NCBI GenBank assembly: GCA_029953675.1
Contig: JAMWBK010000004.1
Location: forward strand, 2,294,001 to 2,358,000
Length of the DNA stretch: 64,000 nt
Reading direction: 5' to 3'
Origin: Rhodosorus marinus CCMP1338
Lineage: Eukaryota; Plantae; Rhodophyta
Below the pieces are notes generated by a model. It made no database searches. It had not been told where the DNA came from and saw only the letters and a list, made by a program, of their open reading frames with translations. The translations under genes were made by a program, and so were the position numbers. Positions within the stretch are counted from its first letter, which is position 1; every line of letters starts with the position of its first letter. This document shows, one piece after another, positions 48,825-62,155 of the stretch.

Positions 48825-50081
48825 TTCATCAACTGTCCCCCTCCAAGCGTCGATAACCAAAAAACAAACAATAAAAACCAAACCACAAGCTCGTGCACCA
48901 AACCTTACAACCCCGCTGCTCACTGCGAGAGTCCGGGTACTATCAAAAACCACAACTCTAAATTCGTCCAGGAAAAAAAAGAAAAAGACGGGTGTCCTTG
49001 GCACACACTACTCTAAACCAACCCCAACCAAGCCCTAAAAACAGGCACTCCACAGAGCTTCTCACCGATCAGCTTATGATCCTTGGACAACTAACAGTTG
49101 CTACAATAGAATTAAAGCTAGTTACTTCAAAGGGCATATACCTTCTTTGAAATGATCCACACTTCCACACCCCTCGCTTTCCTTCCTCCTCAGAGCGAAC
49201 TCTCCAATTTGTTCCCCCTCCCCATTCCCCCATCACAACCCCATCGCCATCTACATTGAAAAAGGGTAACATCCCGCAAACGAAAAACCCACACCCCAAA
49301 CGGAAAATGGCTACGAAAAGATTTCCAAAAACTAATTTTATAATGACTGATTATACTTAATTGATTGTATGCGTTCATGAATTCATATTTTCTTAGTCAA
49401 TAAATGACTGAATAGATGAATATATTTCGGATTTTCTTAGATTCTTGCCCAATCGCTATTGGGGATTGTGATTTGTTTTATATTTCATTTTATTCAGCAA
49501 GCACCCCCCGGACTTTTTGGGGGGCGTTTTCAGGTGCGACTGGCGGAGGAGCGGTTTCGAGAGGCACAGCCGGTTTAGGTTTGATGAGTGAAGAGGCTTT
49601 CAAAACGCTCTGTGTTTTTATACACGGATCGTCCCGCCTTCCGCATCAACTTGCATGGGTTGGTTCCGTCGCATGCGCGTAAACACCACGCGGAAACGCT
49701 TCGGGACGCTTAGTGGTCGACATGGTGGATATCCCAGGAGCGTCTGTGTCGTAATCGAGGCGCACGGCGGCGTTGACTGTCCATTCTTGACAATTGATTC
49801 TCTCGCGGCCTTCATGGGGGACTCTCAAGCAGTCTCCAAACTCGGCCGAAATCGAGAGCTGCGCCGTTCGCTGGTTCTACGTTCGCCGGTATCTCGGTGT
49901 CATTTCAACGCACTTTTCTGCTAGACATGAGAACCACCGCTGCTCAGCAGGTCATCGACACTGCTTGTGCCTTCATGCACAAACATCTTCCCGTCTACGA
50001 CGCACTTTCTGCTACAAGGAGGGACGCTGTACAACATCTCTGGGATTTCCCGGAGCTCATTTCTTTCTCCAACACCATGGA

Positions 50082-53000
50082 CTACTCGCCTTCAACGTAT
50101 AGTTTCCCAAGGTCGCTTAGTGGAAGCACTCGGACATTAGAATCTTCTGAAATATTTTCGAAGCAGACGATGCCTTCGACCATCACGTCGTCTCTTTCGA
50201 CTCCAATAATCGTGCCCGCCTCACCAACCAAGGACGCTTCACCTCTCAGCAAGCAAACTCTGTCGTTCTTCTCAGGAGCGATTGGCTTCAAATCCGAGAA
50301 CGCTATCTCAGTGGTCCCACCTTCTTCAATAAAGTGCACGATGTACCTCGGAGGTTCTGACTCGACAATGAGCTCCTTGATGTAAGCCCGTTTTCCGTCT
50401 TGCTCAATCTCAACATTGACCATGGCCTTGGCCTCTCCAATTCCACTATCCTCTTCCTCAGCTGGAGACTCTGCTTGTGGATCGTAAGGCGTTGACGGCC
50501 CCATCATCGGTGTTGCAGGACTGCGGGCATCCAAGAAGGCGGGGGTTCCAGGGTCCCCTGGTGTTATTGGTGTTCGCGCTTCACGGTAGGCGTAGTCGTC
50601 TAGGCCAGGTGTTGTAGGACCGCGCGGGTTAGCGTCAAATGCACTAGCATTGTGTGCTGGCGTTGTGGGTCTCCAACCTGAATGCCGAAGATAAATATCA
50701 AGCGCAACAGAAGATTTGTAAGGAAAAACTCTCATAATTATGATAAGTTTTCAGAGTCATATCACGCACCGTCCGTGAGCGGCGTCCGGGGCTCATGAGT
50801 GGGATTCGCAAATGAGTTATGGAGCGGGGTTCTGGACCCGCTATCGCCCATCGGAGTACGAGGGCCTAACTGGTCTCGCCGAGGCTCATGCAGCGGTGTC
50901 CGAGAACCAAAGCTGTCATGCAACGGTGTTCGGGAACCAAAGCCATCGTGTAACGGTGTCCTAGAGCCAAAGCTGTCGTGCATTGGAGTTCTGGAACCAA
51001 AGCTGTCGTGCATTGGGGTTCTCGAACCAAAGCCATCACGCATGGGAGTCCTTGATCCGTACGAGTCATGCATAGGAGTTCGGTTGCCGGAAAGCCCCCT
51101 TGAAGCACCGAAGCCTTGACCGCCGAAACCACCTGAGAAGCCACCAGACCCTACGCTGGCATCCTTCGGTATCACAGCTTCCCTTGGAACAGTAACAACC
51201 TTACATATTCCTGTATTGAATTTGCAACGTTTGTTGGTGGTTAGGACCAATTACGGTAGACAATTTCCCAAGACGGGGATAAGCAACACTCTCTTCGCCA
51301 CCTTAGCACTGCACCCCTCAGGAATTCTGAAGCGCACCTTCTAGTTCCACTCGGATCTTGTCGTTTGATGCATCAACAGCTCTTCCTGCATAGCCCTTAT
51401 AGCTACCTGCCTTTATCTTAACTTCCTTCCGTACGATTGGATCCCGCCCACGACCCCGACCACCTCCTCCGAAACCGCCACCGAATGATTTTTGTGGGGC
51501 TTTAAACTGAGGGACACCACCACCGCCAAAACCACCAAAAGACGGTCCCCGCTTCTGTCCTTGGACCACGCACGATCTGGCAGGAGCAACGAGGAGACCG
51601 CAGTTCCGAGTCTCATCCGGGGCCTTCAAGTCGCAGGATGTGAAGAGTTGAGGACGCGTGAGAATACGAGTTCAGAATCTCGACAGGTTTTTCTGCCTGT
51701 TCTCACCTGGAAGAAGATGAAGTTGTCTGCAGTATGCTTCACTACACCGTGTCTGTTTGTGTGCGGTCCTTCAATAACCTTGACCGAGTCGCCCACCGAA
51801 ATAGGATGCCTGGACCTGTCTCCAGGCCGATTACCCCGATCGTTGAGTCTACCCCTGACTTCCTGAACCGACTTAACCACAGCATTGCCGTCTGTGTCCA
51901 AAAGAGTCACGCTATCTCGCGAAACCTTCACCACGACACCTTTGCTCCGAACGTCGGTATTTAAACTGACCAGGTCGAAGAGCTGATACAAGTTGTGACC
52001 AGCTGGAGCTGCGGATAAATCTGCATCCGAGGTGAGGTTCGAAGCCAAGACCTGCCAGAGTGCACAGACAATGGTCAGGACCCTCGGTATGGGCACACTG
52101 CGAACCTTGGAACATACCTTCAATTCTTCCTTTGAAACATCATTGAACAAAACAACGATTTCCCCTTCGACTTTTACGACGGTTCCAGAGTCACCAGCAT
52201 ACCGACCGCTGTTCACCTTCAACGTGTCTCCTATCTTGAAGCTCTTCGTGAGGTCCCCCTTCTCACAGGTTACTGGCTCGGGGAGCTCCTTGGCAGTCAC
52301 GACGACATACTCCCCTTCAACTGACTTGACAGATCCTCGCAACCCCTTGAGGTCTCCACGAATGAACAGCACTGAATCGCCGGGGAAAAAGCTAATCTTC
52401 CGTTGGCGAGCAATAGAAGATAGGTTTAATGGGACGGCCGGGGCTTCAGCTTCAAGTTCCTCGATCTCAGTCCTCATTCTCTGCTCCGCGGTCTGAAACA
52501 GTTCCAGTTCCTCTATTTGCGGCTGCAAAAGCATAGAAAAATTTTCTTTTTTGTAAGCAACATTCGCCATAGCAAAATAAATACCCACGGAGTGGCACGC
52601 CAACGGCGAGTCGCATACCTCTTGAATGTCAGTGTCGAGCTGCCTCGCGGAAATCCTTTTGTACAACATGCCGTAGGCGAAAGTTTGCCCTTTCCATACT
52701 TCGGACCTCTCACCGGTGTATGTGTCACTTTTCTCTTCAACGTAGGTCTCACTTAGCCTTTCCGCCTCTTCTCGTTCGAAGAGCTTCTGCGGTGGCCTGC
52801 TCTTCAAGTTTTCGTCGTTGAAGGGTTTGGAGCTAGCGTAATTGATTCGCGGAATCAGTCGCAATGTGACAGAGCCTGAAGCAAAATTCATGCAATCGTT
52901 CCCACTCTCTCAGTACGCGTCAGTCGCGAGAAAGAAAAAAACCAGAGACCAGTCGCTGCAGGAATTAATCGAAGTCGTAGCGTGCCTCGCGTACCGTCTC

Positions 53001-54120
53001 CGCGCCCTTCATGGACTTCATAAACTTGACCAAGGTCGCCCGTATATAATCCACGATTCACTCGAACCCAGTCGCCGATCTTTGTCTTCTCTTTTGTCGT
53101 AGCCACGTGCATGGCCTCCGTCATCTCGTTAAGTGGGACGAGCTGCATATCCTTCTCAATCATGACGTTAAGACCTGGAGACCAAGAGAAGGGTCAAAAG
53201 ACGACGCTTAATACATCCCCTGATTTTCCTCTGAAGAGAATCAGCCCTTCCGTTTTCTCACCTCTAATTGCGTTCTTCACAGACTCAGCTTTGTACGCTT
53301 CAACATATATTGCCCCTTTTATATGTGCAGGTGCGACAGCAGCAGTGATGCCGATGTTCTGCCCTTTCTTCAGAAAGTTGGAGTGCTTCTGAAGCAGTCT
53401 GATGACTGCCTCCCGCTCCCTACCGATCCGACATTTAACGTAGAAGAGCTTTGCATCTTGGGCTGTGGGTTGCAAGCTCTCTTGCTCGATTCCTAGTGAA
53501 CACCGTGAGCAACAGTGAGTTTCAGAGCTTCGAGATCTAGCTAGCATGCAATCCACGAGACCTTCAACGAACCTGTTGTCTGCAATTCGTCATCCGAGCC
53601 AACCTCTCGAACCTCGCGCTGACCGCCGTATCTTCTCTCTACGTACTCCTGAATATCTTCAGCATCTCTCTGAAGCAAGTCTCCTTGCCTCATCCGCTGC
53701 TGACGGGCAGATTTATCAACTTCATCCTGTGCGGCTTCAGCTTCGACCTCCTCATCGTCGATGAGATCATGTAAATCTCCGTCATCCTCATCGTCGTCAT
53801 CTTCTTCATCGTCCTCCTCGGCCTCGTCATCAACGAACATTCTCATGCGCTTGCGATGCGCTGTTTTACAACAAAACAACAAACCAAAGTCCTTGGTCAG
53901 TCCATCACTAGCTTACAATAGTGGAGCATGGTTGCGACTATTCGAAAAACAAGTCTCTTCGAAGGGGATAAAACATGGCCGGAAAAAAACCGCCTAGAGT
54001 TTCAAACACCGCCAAAACGCACGGAGCAAGTGCTTTCATGGGGCTGTACTTACGGTTCTCATCCTCGTCCTCCTCTTCCTCTTCCTCGTCATCTCGTCTC
54101 TTCGCTCCTCCTCTCCCCAT
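50082..54120 (-). CDS. SPT5: Transcription elongation factor SPT5, multi-exon
   Basis: Acidic N-terminus, NGN domain ([14 protein letters not shown]...GAIYVEAYK), several KOW motifs ([34 protein letters not shown]) and CTR repeats. Confidence 0.96.
50830..51085 (-). repeat. Coding tandem repeat (SPT5 CTR), about 8 copies of GSRTP(M/L)HD(S/G)F, 30-nt unit
   Basis: Translation of ORF 50762-51250. Confidence 0.92.
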
Positions 54121-55197
54121 CTTTCCTCAATTCCCAAAGAAAGTACTCCGCAAGAAAAATCACCACACCCCTCTCAGATCAGAACAGATTTTCCAACAAC
54201 CGTATTGCTTACCCTTGCGATTACCAACAACGCAAAATTTCATCTTCGGAGCTGAACTGATCTACCCATCGCCTCCTCTACCTCCACGTGCCGATCCCCC
54301 TCCGAACTCACCCCAGCCGATCATGGAAGCGCATGGCTTCTCAGAAACAGATCCAAAACGGAACCCTGCTTAAAAGCACCCTGAAGCATTTCCGGAGTCG
54401 AGTAATTTCCGTCCATGACTCATGTCTACCCCCTCCTCATCCAGTGACATGAACACGCAAATCAAACAAAAATTTACCCTCTACGCCGTGTCACTCCAAG
54501 TGAATATATATTTAATTAATATTCACTAATTGAAGAATTTCGCAGTTAGTTGCTCGAATACAACGCCTGGTGAGGTTTCCTATTTCTTTCTTGTTCACCG
54601 CAATAAGTTCTCCCAGGCGTGGGTGTGTCGTGGGGAAAGAAACACATTTGGCTAGATGTTAGATTTCTTCTGCTTCTTTACAGGTTTTTTGGTTCTGCAC
54701 TTCGCGGATATTGAAAAAACAATATTTTCTATTCTAACAGGCTGTCCTAATGGTGACTTTGATGCAGCGATGGAGAACTTCATAGATAACCACTTTGGGA
54801 GGTTCCTCCAATGAGAGTTTGAGAGAACCTGACGAGGTACAAACGACAGGCGCACTCGTACAAACGTGCTCGCTACAATATGCCACTATGAATCTTCGCA
54901 CCATCATGGAGCACGTCATTTAGTAGAAGCTTCTTTTGACACAAATTACAGACCGTAGAAACTGCCGAGGATGACAAAGACTGGCATATGTCCCACAAAA
55001 GGGCACGCCTCCACCGTCGTCTTTCGTTCATGTTGTTCCCAGCAGCTCTGCGGTCAAACTTTGTACAACGAGCCGGGACTTGAAACTAGCGGTAATTATC
55101 AATCACATATGCACGATGTCGACAGCCGTTGTCCCAAAAACGTCTGACCAGAAACCCTCAGATAACCTAGAATGAGATAAAATCCGCATGGGTACTC

Positions 55198-55610
55198 TCA
55201 CTCGTCCTCCCTCTTAAGAAGCGATTCTCTTCTTTGCAGCTTTCGCGAAGCTTCAAAAACGGCCTTGTATACTTCACAAACTGAGTCTGCCTTCTCGCTA
55301 TCTGCACAACTGGCTTTCAATTTAGACAATATGAGCTCTTCTCTCCAGGGGACATAAACCTGCGGAGGGATAAGTTCTAGGTTAGCAATGCTTTCCGCAA
55401 CCAGCGGCCACTCATGACACTTACTTCCTCGTTCGACGCCATTTTTGCTTTTCCAATGGCAAGCGATAGAGCAAATCGTTTTTGCAAGGATTCCACAATC
55501 TGCTGATCAATTCTATCGATCTCCTCCCGCATCAAGTTCACCGCCACATGGTTACTGTCCACACCGGGACGGGGCGAAACAAGGGGTTCTCCGTTCTGCC
55601 CATTGGCCAC
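55198..55610 (-). CDS. Small monofunctional AroQ (type II) chorismate mutase, at least 2 exons; start uncertain
   Basis: MREEIDRIDQQIVESLQKRFALSLAIGKAK | VYVPWREELILSKL...EVYKAVFEASRKLQ. Residues equivalent to E. coli R11, R28, K39, R51, E52, S84 and Q88 are all present. Confidence 0.85.
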
Positions 55611-55908
55611 AACTAAAGCCTAAAAATTCCGCACCACCAAAAACAAAAAGCCATCTGTTGAGCGAACTACAGACGACACAACAAAGAAAAGGGAGAATTA
55701 ACAACACACAATCTCATGTTTGAAACCTTCCCAGCCAACACCCACCTCTTCACCTACAGAGCTCATAGTGTCAAACAAAGGAGAAACACAAAACAAACCA
55801 AAATTCACGTGCCTGATCCAAACTAATCTAAACTATAAATATTCGTCTTTTCACATGCATCCAAAAGACCTCCCTCCTCACCTACAAACCAGTCCAGCAA
55901 ACCTACAG

Positions 55909-55987
55909 ACTCTCTCTGTCTCTCTCTATCTCTGTCTCTCTCTCTCTCTATCTCTCTGTCTCTCTGTCTCTCTCTATCTCTCTCTCC
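55909..55987. repeat. Compound (CT)/(CTGT)/(CTAT) microsatellite
   Basis: Seen directly. Confidence 0.9.
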
Positions 55988-58554
55988 ACCCTTTCATATC
56001 TCTCCAGAAACCAACACCAGCCTCCCGAAACCCCGACAACATCTTGCGGAATTTCTCAGCGGCTACCCGTGTTCGAGAGCGGACCATCAAATAAATAAAT
56101 AAAAACAGCCATCCCCTTATCCCCTTACTACTTCGAAACTGTCCATCCCACACACGCCCAAACCTCTTCCTTACACTTTCAGCCGACACACCCCCCCTTT
56201 TCTTTTGACCGACTGAAGGATTTGACCCTCCATAATATTTCTTAATTATACAAAAAGACATATGTTCACTCACTTTTGCATGAAAATTGAAAACCGGTTT
56301 ACTACCCTACCCCGTCGGCATAAAGCAACTTCTGAATCTACGCAGTTGTGCGGGAAAGAACGAATATAGGTATTTGGATGCAATCGCAACCAATCATGCT
56401 CCAAGGAATTTCGATATACAATCATTTAAGTATAATGATTGAATTCGTATTTTCTTTTAATTTATTATATTCTATATGGGACGCGGTAAGACGATTTCGG
56501 CATTTATTATTCGTTTTTCTTGTTTTCTTTTTTTTGGGGAGGGGGTGGGGGGTGGTTGGGCTGACTCCCTCTCTGCTTCCTTCCGTTGGGGAGGGAGATG
56601 GTGGGGAAAGGGGCCGTCTCCTAGAGAAGAGTTGTGCTGACTTAAAGCGTGACATCGTAATGTTGGCTTGTGCGCTTCTGACGGGCACTATCGCGAGCAC
56701 GAGTGGCGAGGGTGAGGGCGAAAGGGTTCCAGTGCTTCCTAAGAATCACGGTTTCTTTTGGGTGCCGACTTCTATCGAACTGTTGGAGGCCCTGGTTTTC
56801 GCTCTCGGACTGAAGCAGGGATCATCCACAGCTTTGGATGATGTGCCTCACTCTTCTCAGGTAGATGATTGAGGGGCTTGGTCCTCGCAGGGAGGTCGTC
56901 TCGAAGTCTCCAGACAGCTCGACTGTGCTTCTATGACTACTCCAACATGAATATGTGCAAGACGCACTACCACTGTTCCGAACCAAAAACATAATACCAC
57001 CCGATGTTGCTCAACAACGGCTCACACCGTGCCCCAGTAAACCACACTCTCCTCCACATATACACCCATCATATCTCAGCTCCCTCATGATGCATTTCTT
57101 CATCGCTACACGACCACATTCCAACCTGAGTTATTTTTTGTCCAGAAGAGGCAGAGCCTCATCAGCAAAAAATCGATTGGCCCAAAGCATACGAGCCTCA
57201 CTTCAAGAGATGGGTTAACAACCTGTTCACAAGGGCAATAATACCATTCCCTCCCACTCCTCCCACTCCCCCCCCTCCCCGTGTCCATCTCTTCCCAGTT
57301 CCAAAACTTACCAGCCCCTTTCGCTGTTCCATCCAATCATCAGAGAATACCTTACCTACCGCGATCGTCTGATTGGACATCGAGTAAGATTAGTATCTCT
57401 TACCAAAAAAAGAGGAGGAATCAACTTCACCATCAGATAAACTTTAAAAAACAACTTAAAAAGGAAAACAAGCATTTGGGTTTGACAACCACGTACCGTC
57501 CTGGCCCCCCCCTTCTAGCAAGTCCAAATCCACCCATTTATTGAATACCAAAACAAATCACTGCGTACTGATGTTTTAAGCAATTGAATATCTCAACCCC
57601 CTCGAAAAAGAATTTCCAGATCTTTCCACGGCCTAACCCCTACATCCATCAACGATTATTCCCGCAAAAAGTTGTTTTTCGGTTCTTTATTCGTCTATTT
57701 CTGGGCGTTTAATCATTCCACCCCCCTCGTACAGCGTATCTTTCGACGTTGAACGTGTAAGGAGGCGTCATCCGTCAAGGATAGTCAAATCTATCATAAA
57801 ATTATTGGTAAAAGGATACTATTCGATTTGGTAAATGGGGTTTGGTAAAAATGTTTTTCGGATATTTTAGGGGCTGTCGAGTTTTCTATCACATTCCTTC
57901 TCGCTTCGGAAAAAGGTTCTCTCACAGGAGCTGGTTTTGCATTCGTTTAAGGGAATCCTAGTTGGGGTAATGGGTGGAGGGGTTGGGAGGGTTGGGGAGG
58001 GTTTGGTCTTGGAGAAGCCGAAACGAGGAATTTTATGAGGTCTGGAAGAAGACGATTAACGTGATTTTCGGTTTTTTCGTAGACCAGTTCGTTCTTCCTT
58101 GGCTCCTGCTGTGGGTTTTGTTTTCCTGTTCGGCGTGGGCGTTGGTGGGAAAAGGGGGCAGCAGGTCGCGCCTTTGTGAGGGTGCTGTACTGTACATTGG
58201 ATGTGGTGAGGAACTGAGAAACTATCTCATTTTTGGATGCTTCTGACGGGTTTCCTCTGTGCGCTTTTGTGCGGCGGGGTGAAGACGGGAGAGCATAGTG
58301 GTGGTTTGTTCATGGTAAGATGTGTTCGAGGCATGAGGTCGTTGGCCGAGGGAGGAGATCTTTGTGGAAATTGCCAGGGAGTTCGGATGTGGTGAGGAAT
58401 GTATAAACGAGGTTTTTTTCTGTTAAGGAGGTGAGGGAGGGGGTTTGAAGTTGTGGAGCGTTAATTGCAATCTTCGGGACGAGCGGGTGAGGTTTTTTTT
58501 ATTGGCAGGTTGCTTGCCAGGTTGTAATTGGTGTTGTTATCGATTTGTACAAAG

Positions 58555-59519
58555 ATGTCAGGTCAGGAGGGACTAGCCAGTGTTGCTAGGGTGGCTGGAA
58601 AGCAAGAGAGTATGCTCCATGGAAGTCAACTGGGTACTCCTGGAAGCAGCATGTCCGGTGGGGCAAGTGATCAATTTGGGACTGTAGAGTCCCCTGTAAA
58701 AAGTAGCGCTGGTCATGGTTCCTCTCCATCGGGCCAACATGTTGATGCGCTGCTGCCAAAACAGACCGTGGTCACTATTGTTGGAAACAACAGGACAAAA
58801 AGGTAGCTAGTAGCCGCCAATTAAGGCCATTCCTATTCGGAGGTCCTGATTTGGCACTTCTTGGAGCCCTCGTTGCCTGGAGTGGTGGTAGAAACTGACC
58901 GCTCCTTTGCGTTCACCTCTTGCTCCGATATGCAGTGACCTCATTGGAAGGCAGGGAGTTGTAAAAGGCGCTCAAACTCTGGGTGGCTGGCATGAAGTGC
59001 TTCTTGAGGTGAGTATGGCGCACATTTTTTTCCCGGTCCTGTATTTCTACTGACCATTCGTCCTTCTGTACTCTTGCCCAACAGCATGGAGGCCTTGTGA
59101 GAGTGCAAAGGAATGCGCTCAGAGTTATTTCGATGCCGGTCGTCAGCACTATACCACAGATGGTGGCTCCACTGGGGCTCACAAGCCCAGATAGAGGGAA
59201 CTTGATGACTAGCGAAACTGGGAAGGGCAAATCCAGTCATAGTCCCGGAGGATCGTCGAAGAAAAGAGGGGGAAGTAGCATACATCCCTCGCCTGTGAAA
59301 ATAGACAAGCTCGACCTCTCATCGTTGCGCCGGTATAGAAATGTATTTAACTTGAAGCTGAGGAAGGACTGTACTCGAGAGGAGTTGGTGTTCGCTGTTC
59401 GGAAGCATTTCTCTAAAACAACAGTGAACGAACATGAAGTCATTGTAAATTTCGTGAGAAGACTGTCCAAGAAGTACGGACAGATACAGCTCGGGAATGG
59501 AACGAAACAGGCGCTGTAG
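58555..59519 (+). CDS. SAP30-function-related (AFR-like) Sin3-HDAC subunit, 3 exons
   Basis: Spliced LPKQTVVTIVGNNRTKSDLIGRQGVVKGAQTLGGWHEVLLEHGGLVRVQRNAL resembles the plant AFR N-domain. KIDKLDLSSLRRY...AVRKHF...VNEHEVIVNFV is a SAP30 Sin3-binding domain. Confidence 0.85.
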
Positions 59520-59927
59520 GCCAGGCCTTTGAAGAGCTTCTCCTGTCAGACGCCTTGCGTGAGTACTCCCCGACTGCGGGATTGTGAAGGGTCAGGTATT
59601 GCACAGAATAGTGCTTAAATGGCTTGCGATACCGTGTTGCACGGCTGAAGCAAGGCATTGGTCAGTTGGTAAATAGATTCAGCAAGGTTTTTCTATGTAT
59701 TTGAGGTCGGTCCTGTGGTTAATAGTTTGGTGGCCAAAACATAGCCTGCTGGTCAGCCAGAACCGAAATTCTCTTTGAATCAAAATCGCTTAATTAATTG
59801 TGTATCCTTAAACAAGTAGTTCTTAGTAAACAAAACAAGAGTACCTCTATGTCTACATTTATAACGAAAAGGTTCCTCGCGGCTCGACAAGCTCCGCACG
59901 CACGATCGCCGTCGAGCGGCCACCTTC

Positions 59928-61321
59928 CTAGTCGGGAGTAATGAAAGATCCACCCCAGGCTCTCAGAGTTGCATTTACGCCTTCATGTCTCTCCATTGCC
60001 GCCTTGATATCGTGCAAAGTGACCGTCAGTTGAGTTCCTTCCGATCCGCTCTCGAGCACCTCAGCATCAAGCAGCTGCGTCCACGCCTTGTGTGCCAATC
60101 GCTTGGAAACTATCCCGCCGCCACCCAGCGCTCCACTCTCATCCAATAAGTTAGCATTTGTCTTGGCCCTGAGACGACCCTCTCCGATATTCATCGAGGC
60201 GTACTCTTCGTATACATTGGAGAAGCTGTAGTTGTCAATGCCCTTCCTCATCACAAGACGCCGATATGAGATAAGCAAGGCAATCTCCAAGGTAGAAAGA
60301 CCGAGTAGAACCTTTAGGCAGGATAATCGTAGAGTCGAACAGTTGTTTTTGTCAGATAGTCCGGAACGAAGCTATGAAATGCTGCTGTGTACCTCTTCAA
60401 CGACATCTCCAAGCACAAGATATGGCGAGCTTGCTGCTAAATCCTGCCCATCATATGCTGCTCGCATCAGGATTGTGCCCATTACTCTGTCGATCTTCAG
60501 CTGGTCATCAATTTTCTGTCGATTAGCTTTCGTTGATCGATAAGCAACGTTCTTCTGCGCAAGTAGGCTTTCAACCTGTAGGACGAAGTGGGAGCTGAGT
60601 GTGGTCCCGTTTACGATTAAAGTTACTGTGTGAGCTTCACTGCACCTCACCTCGTCGACATCGGATGGCCTCGGGACTACAAGGACTCTTTCTGAGAATC
60701 TACTCCTCACGCGCTTCTCGAGCAAGTCAGCCGCATCAATTCGGATTGAGGTGCCGATTAGGACTATCCCCACATCCGAACCTTGAGCAAGGTTGAAGAG
60801 CGAGTACAGAAATGCTTGCTTCGGGCGTAGCGCGAAAAGCTCAAAGTCTTCCAGTATGATTACATACGTTTGAGAATTTTTCGCGCCTTCCGAGATCGCC
60901 TTGGCACTAATTTCGAAGAGTCTTGGAATGGTCGCGTTCAGGACTTGAGTTCCGCCAACTCCAAGCTGATGCACAAGAGAAGCATAGGCTTGACGATCGT
61001 CATTTGACTGCAGCAGACCTCGAAGATGAACTACTACCGGATTGCTTTCCAGTCTCTGAAACCAGCACCATGGCAAGCAAGAAGGGGCAAACACAAGTTC
61101 ATTAGCGAAATATCGATCTGGTCCTTCCAACAATCGTGAAACGGTGAGAGGAATCCACAAACCTCTATCACATTTTTCACGATCGCAGATTTACCACTTC
61201 CACGGGGACCAATCAACAATAGTGAACTGCTGCTCTCAGATCTCCGTGACGTCTCTATGTACAGTAGAATCTCATCGACCAGTTCATTAGCAGCCTTGGT
61301 CAAACAGTTTGCAGTAGCCAT
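59928..61321 (-). CDS. ORC4: Origin recognition complex subunit 4, multi-exon
   Basis: Walker A LLIGPRGSGKS, IILEDFELFA..KQAFLYSLFN, and DLLEKRVRSRFS. Confidence 0.92.
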
Positions 61322-62155
61322 CGTATCTGAGCAGCCTCGCTCATAGAGAACCGCAGTCCCTCATTACGCGGATAAGTGAAGCGTGAATTCCCGGTCCAGT
61401 TTTCGCTTCAGATGACATCACCAGGTGACAGCTCTCAAGGTTGTACTGGTAGGATAGGAAGTGATAGCTACTCGATTCAGTTCGGAAGCTGTCTTAGCAG
61501 GCCCAGAGCGGCCAGAGATTACAGTGTACACCATCTAGCATCTTGTGAGCCTTGCTCAGCACACAACTTTAAACTGAACTTTGTCTTCCATCCTCGTGAC
61601 CAAATAATGCACGTGGATCGGCGTGCTAGGAGGGGTACTTCTGTTTTTTATCTGCGAGCGGAAAACGAAGGATGGAGTTCTTAGCGGCCCGCACGAATCC
61701 TGCCGGGTCAAGCCAAAACTCTGAAGTGGCCGATTCTAGTGTCCCCACCTACATGCAGTACTTCCTTAAAGCTAGTTCCTGTACTACCGAATCTTCCTTC
61801 AGCCTCCGTATGAAGAGCCTGGCTAGTCCTACAATGCGTATTCAAAGCATAGATAGATCAAGGCAAGCGCACCAAGGGCAAGCGAGACTGAGCTCAGTGC
61901 AAAGTGTTCTCTTCAGTTCGTACGCCACAGTCGCGTTCCGAAGCGTTCCGCACCATTTTCTTCCGGGAGCGTAGAGTAAATCACACTGGAGCACTAGGGT
62001 AGGGAGGGGCAGTGTAATTCTGTTGCAATTGCGGTTTGAGCTCCGGAAGCTCAAGTTATGTTTCATACGGCTGAAACATGGCGATGGTTGTTTACCCCCT
62101 TGCACCAAGTCCTGCTAGTTGATTCTCTCGTCGGTCTGACGAACGTGAAGGCCGG

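Noticed and set aside
56348-56872. 174-aa + ORF and overlapping 92-aa minus ORF
   Set aside because: Both run through low-complexity poly-T or poly-G DNA and show no family signal, so the strand and coding status are unresolved.
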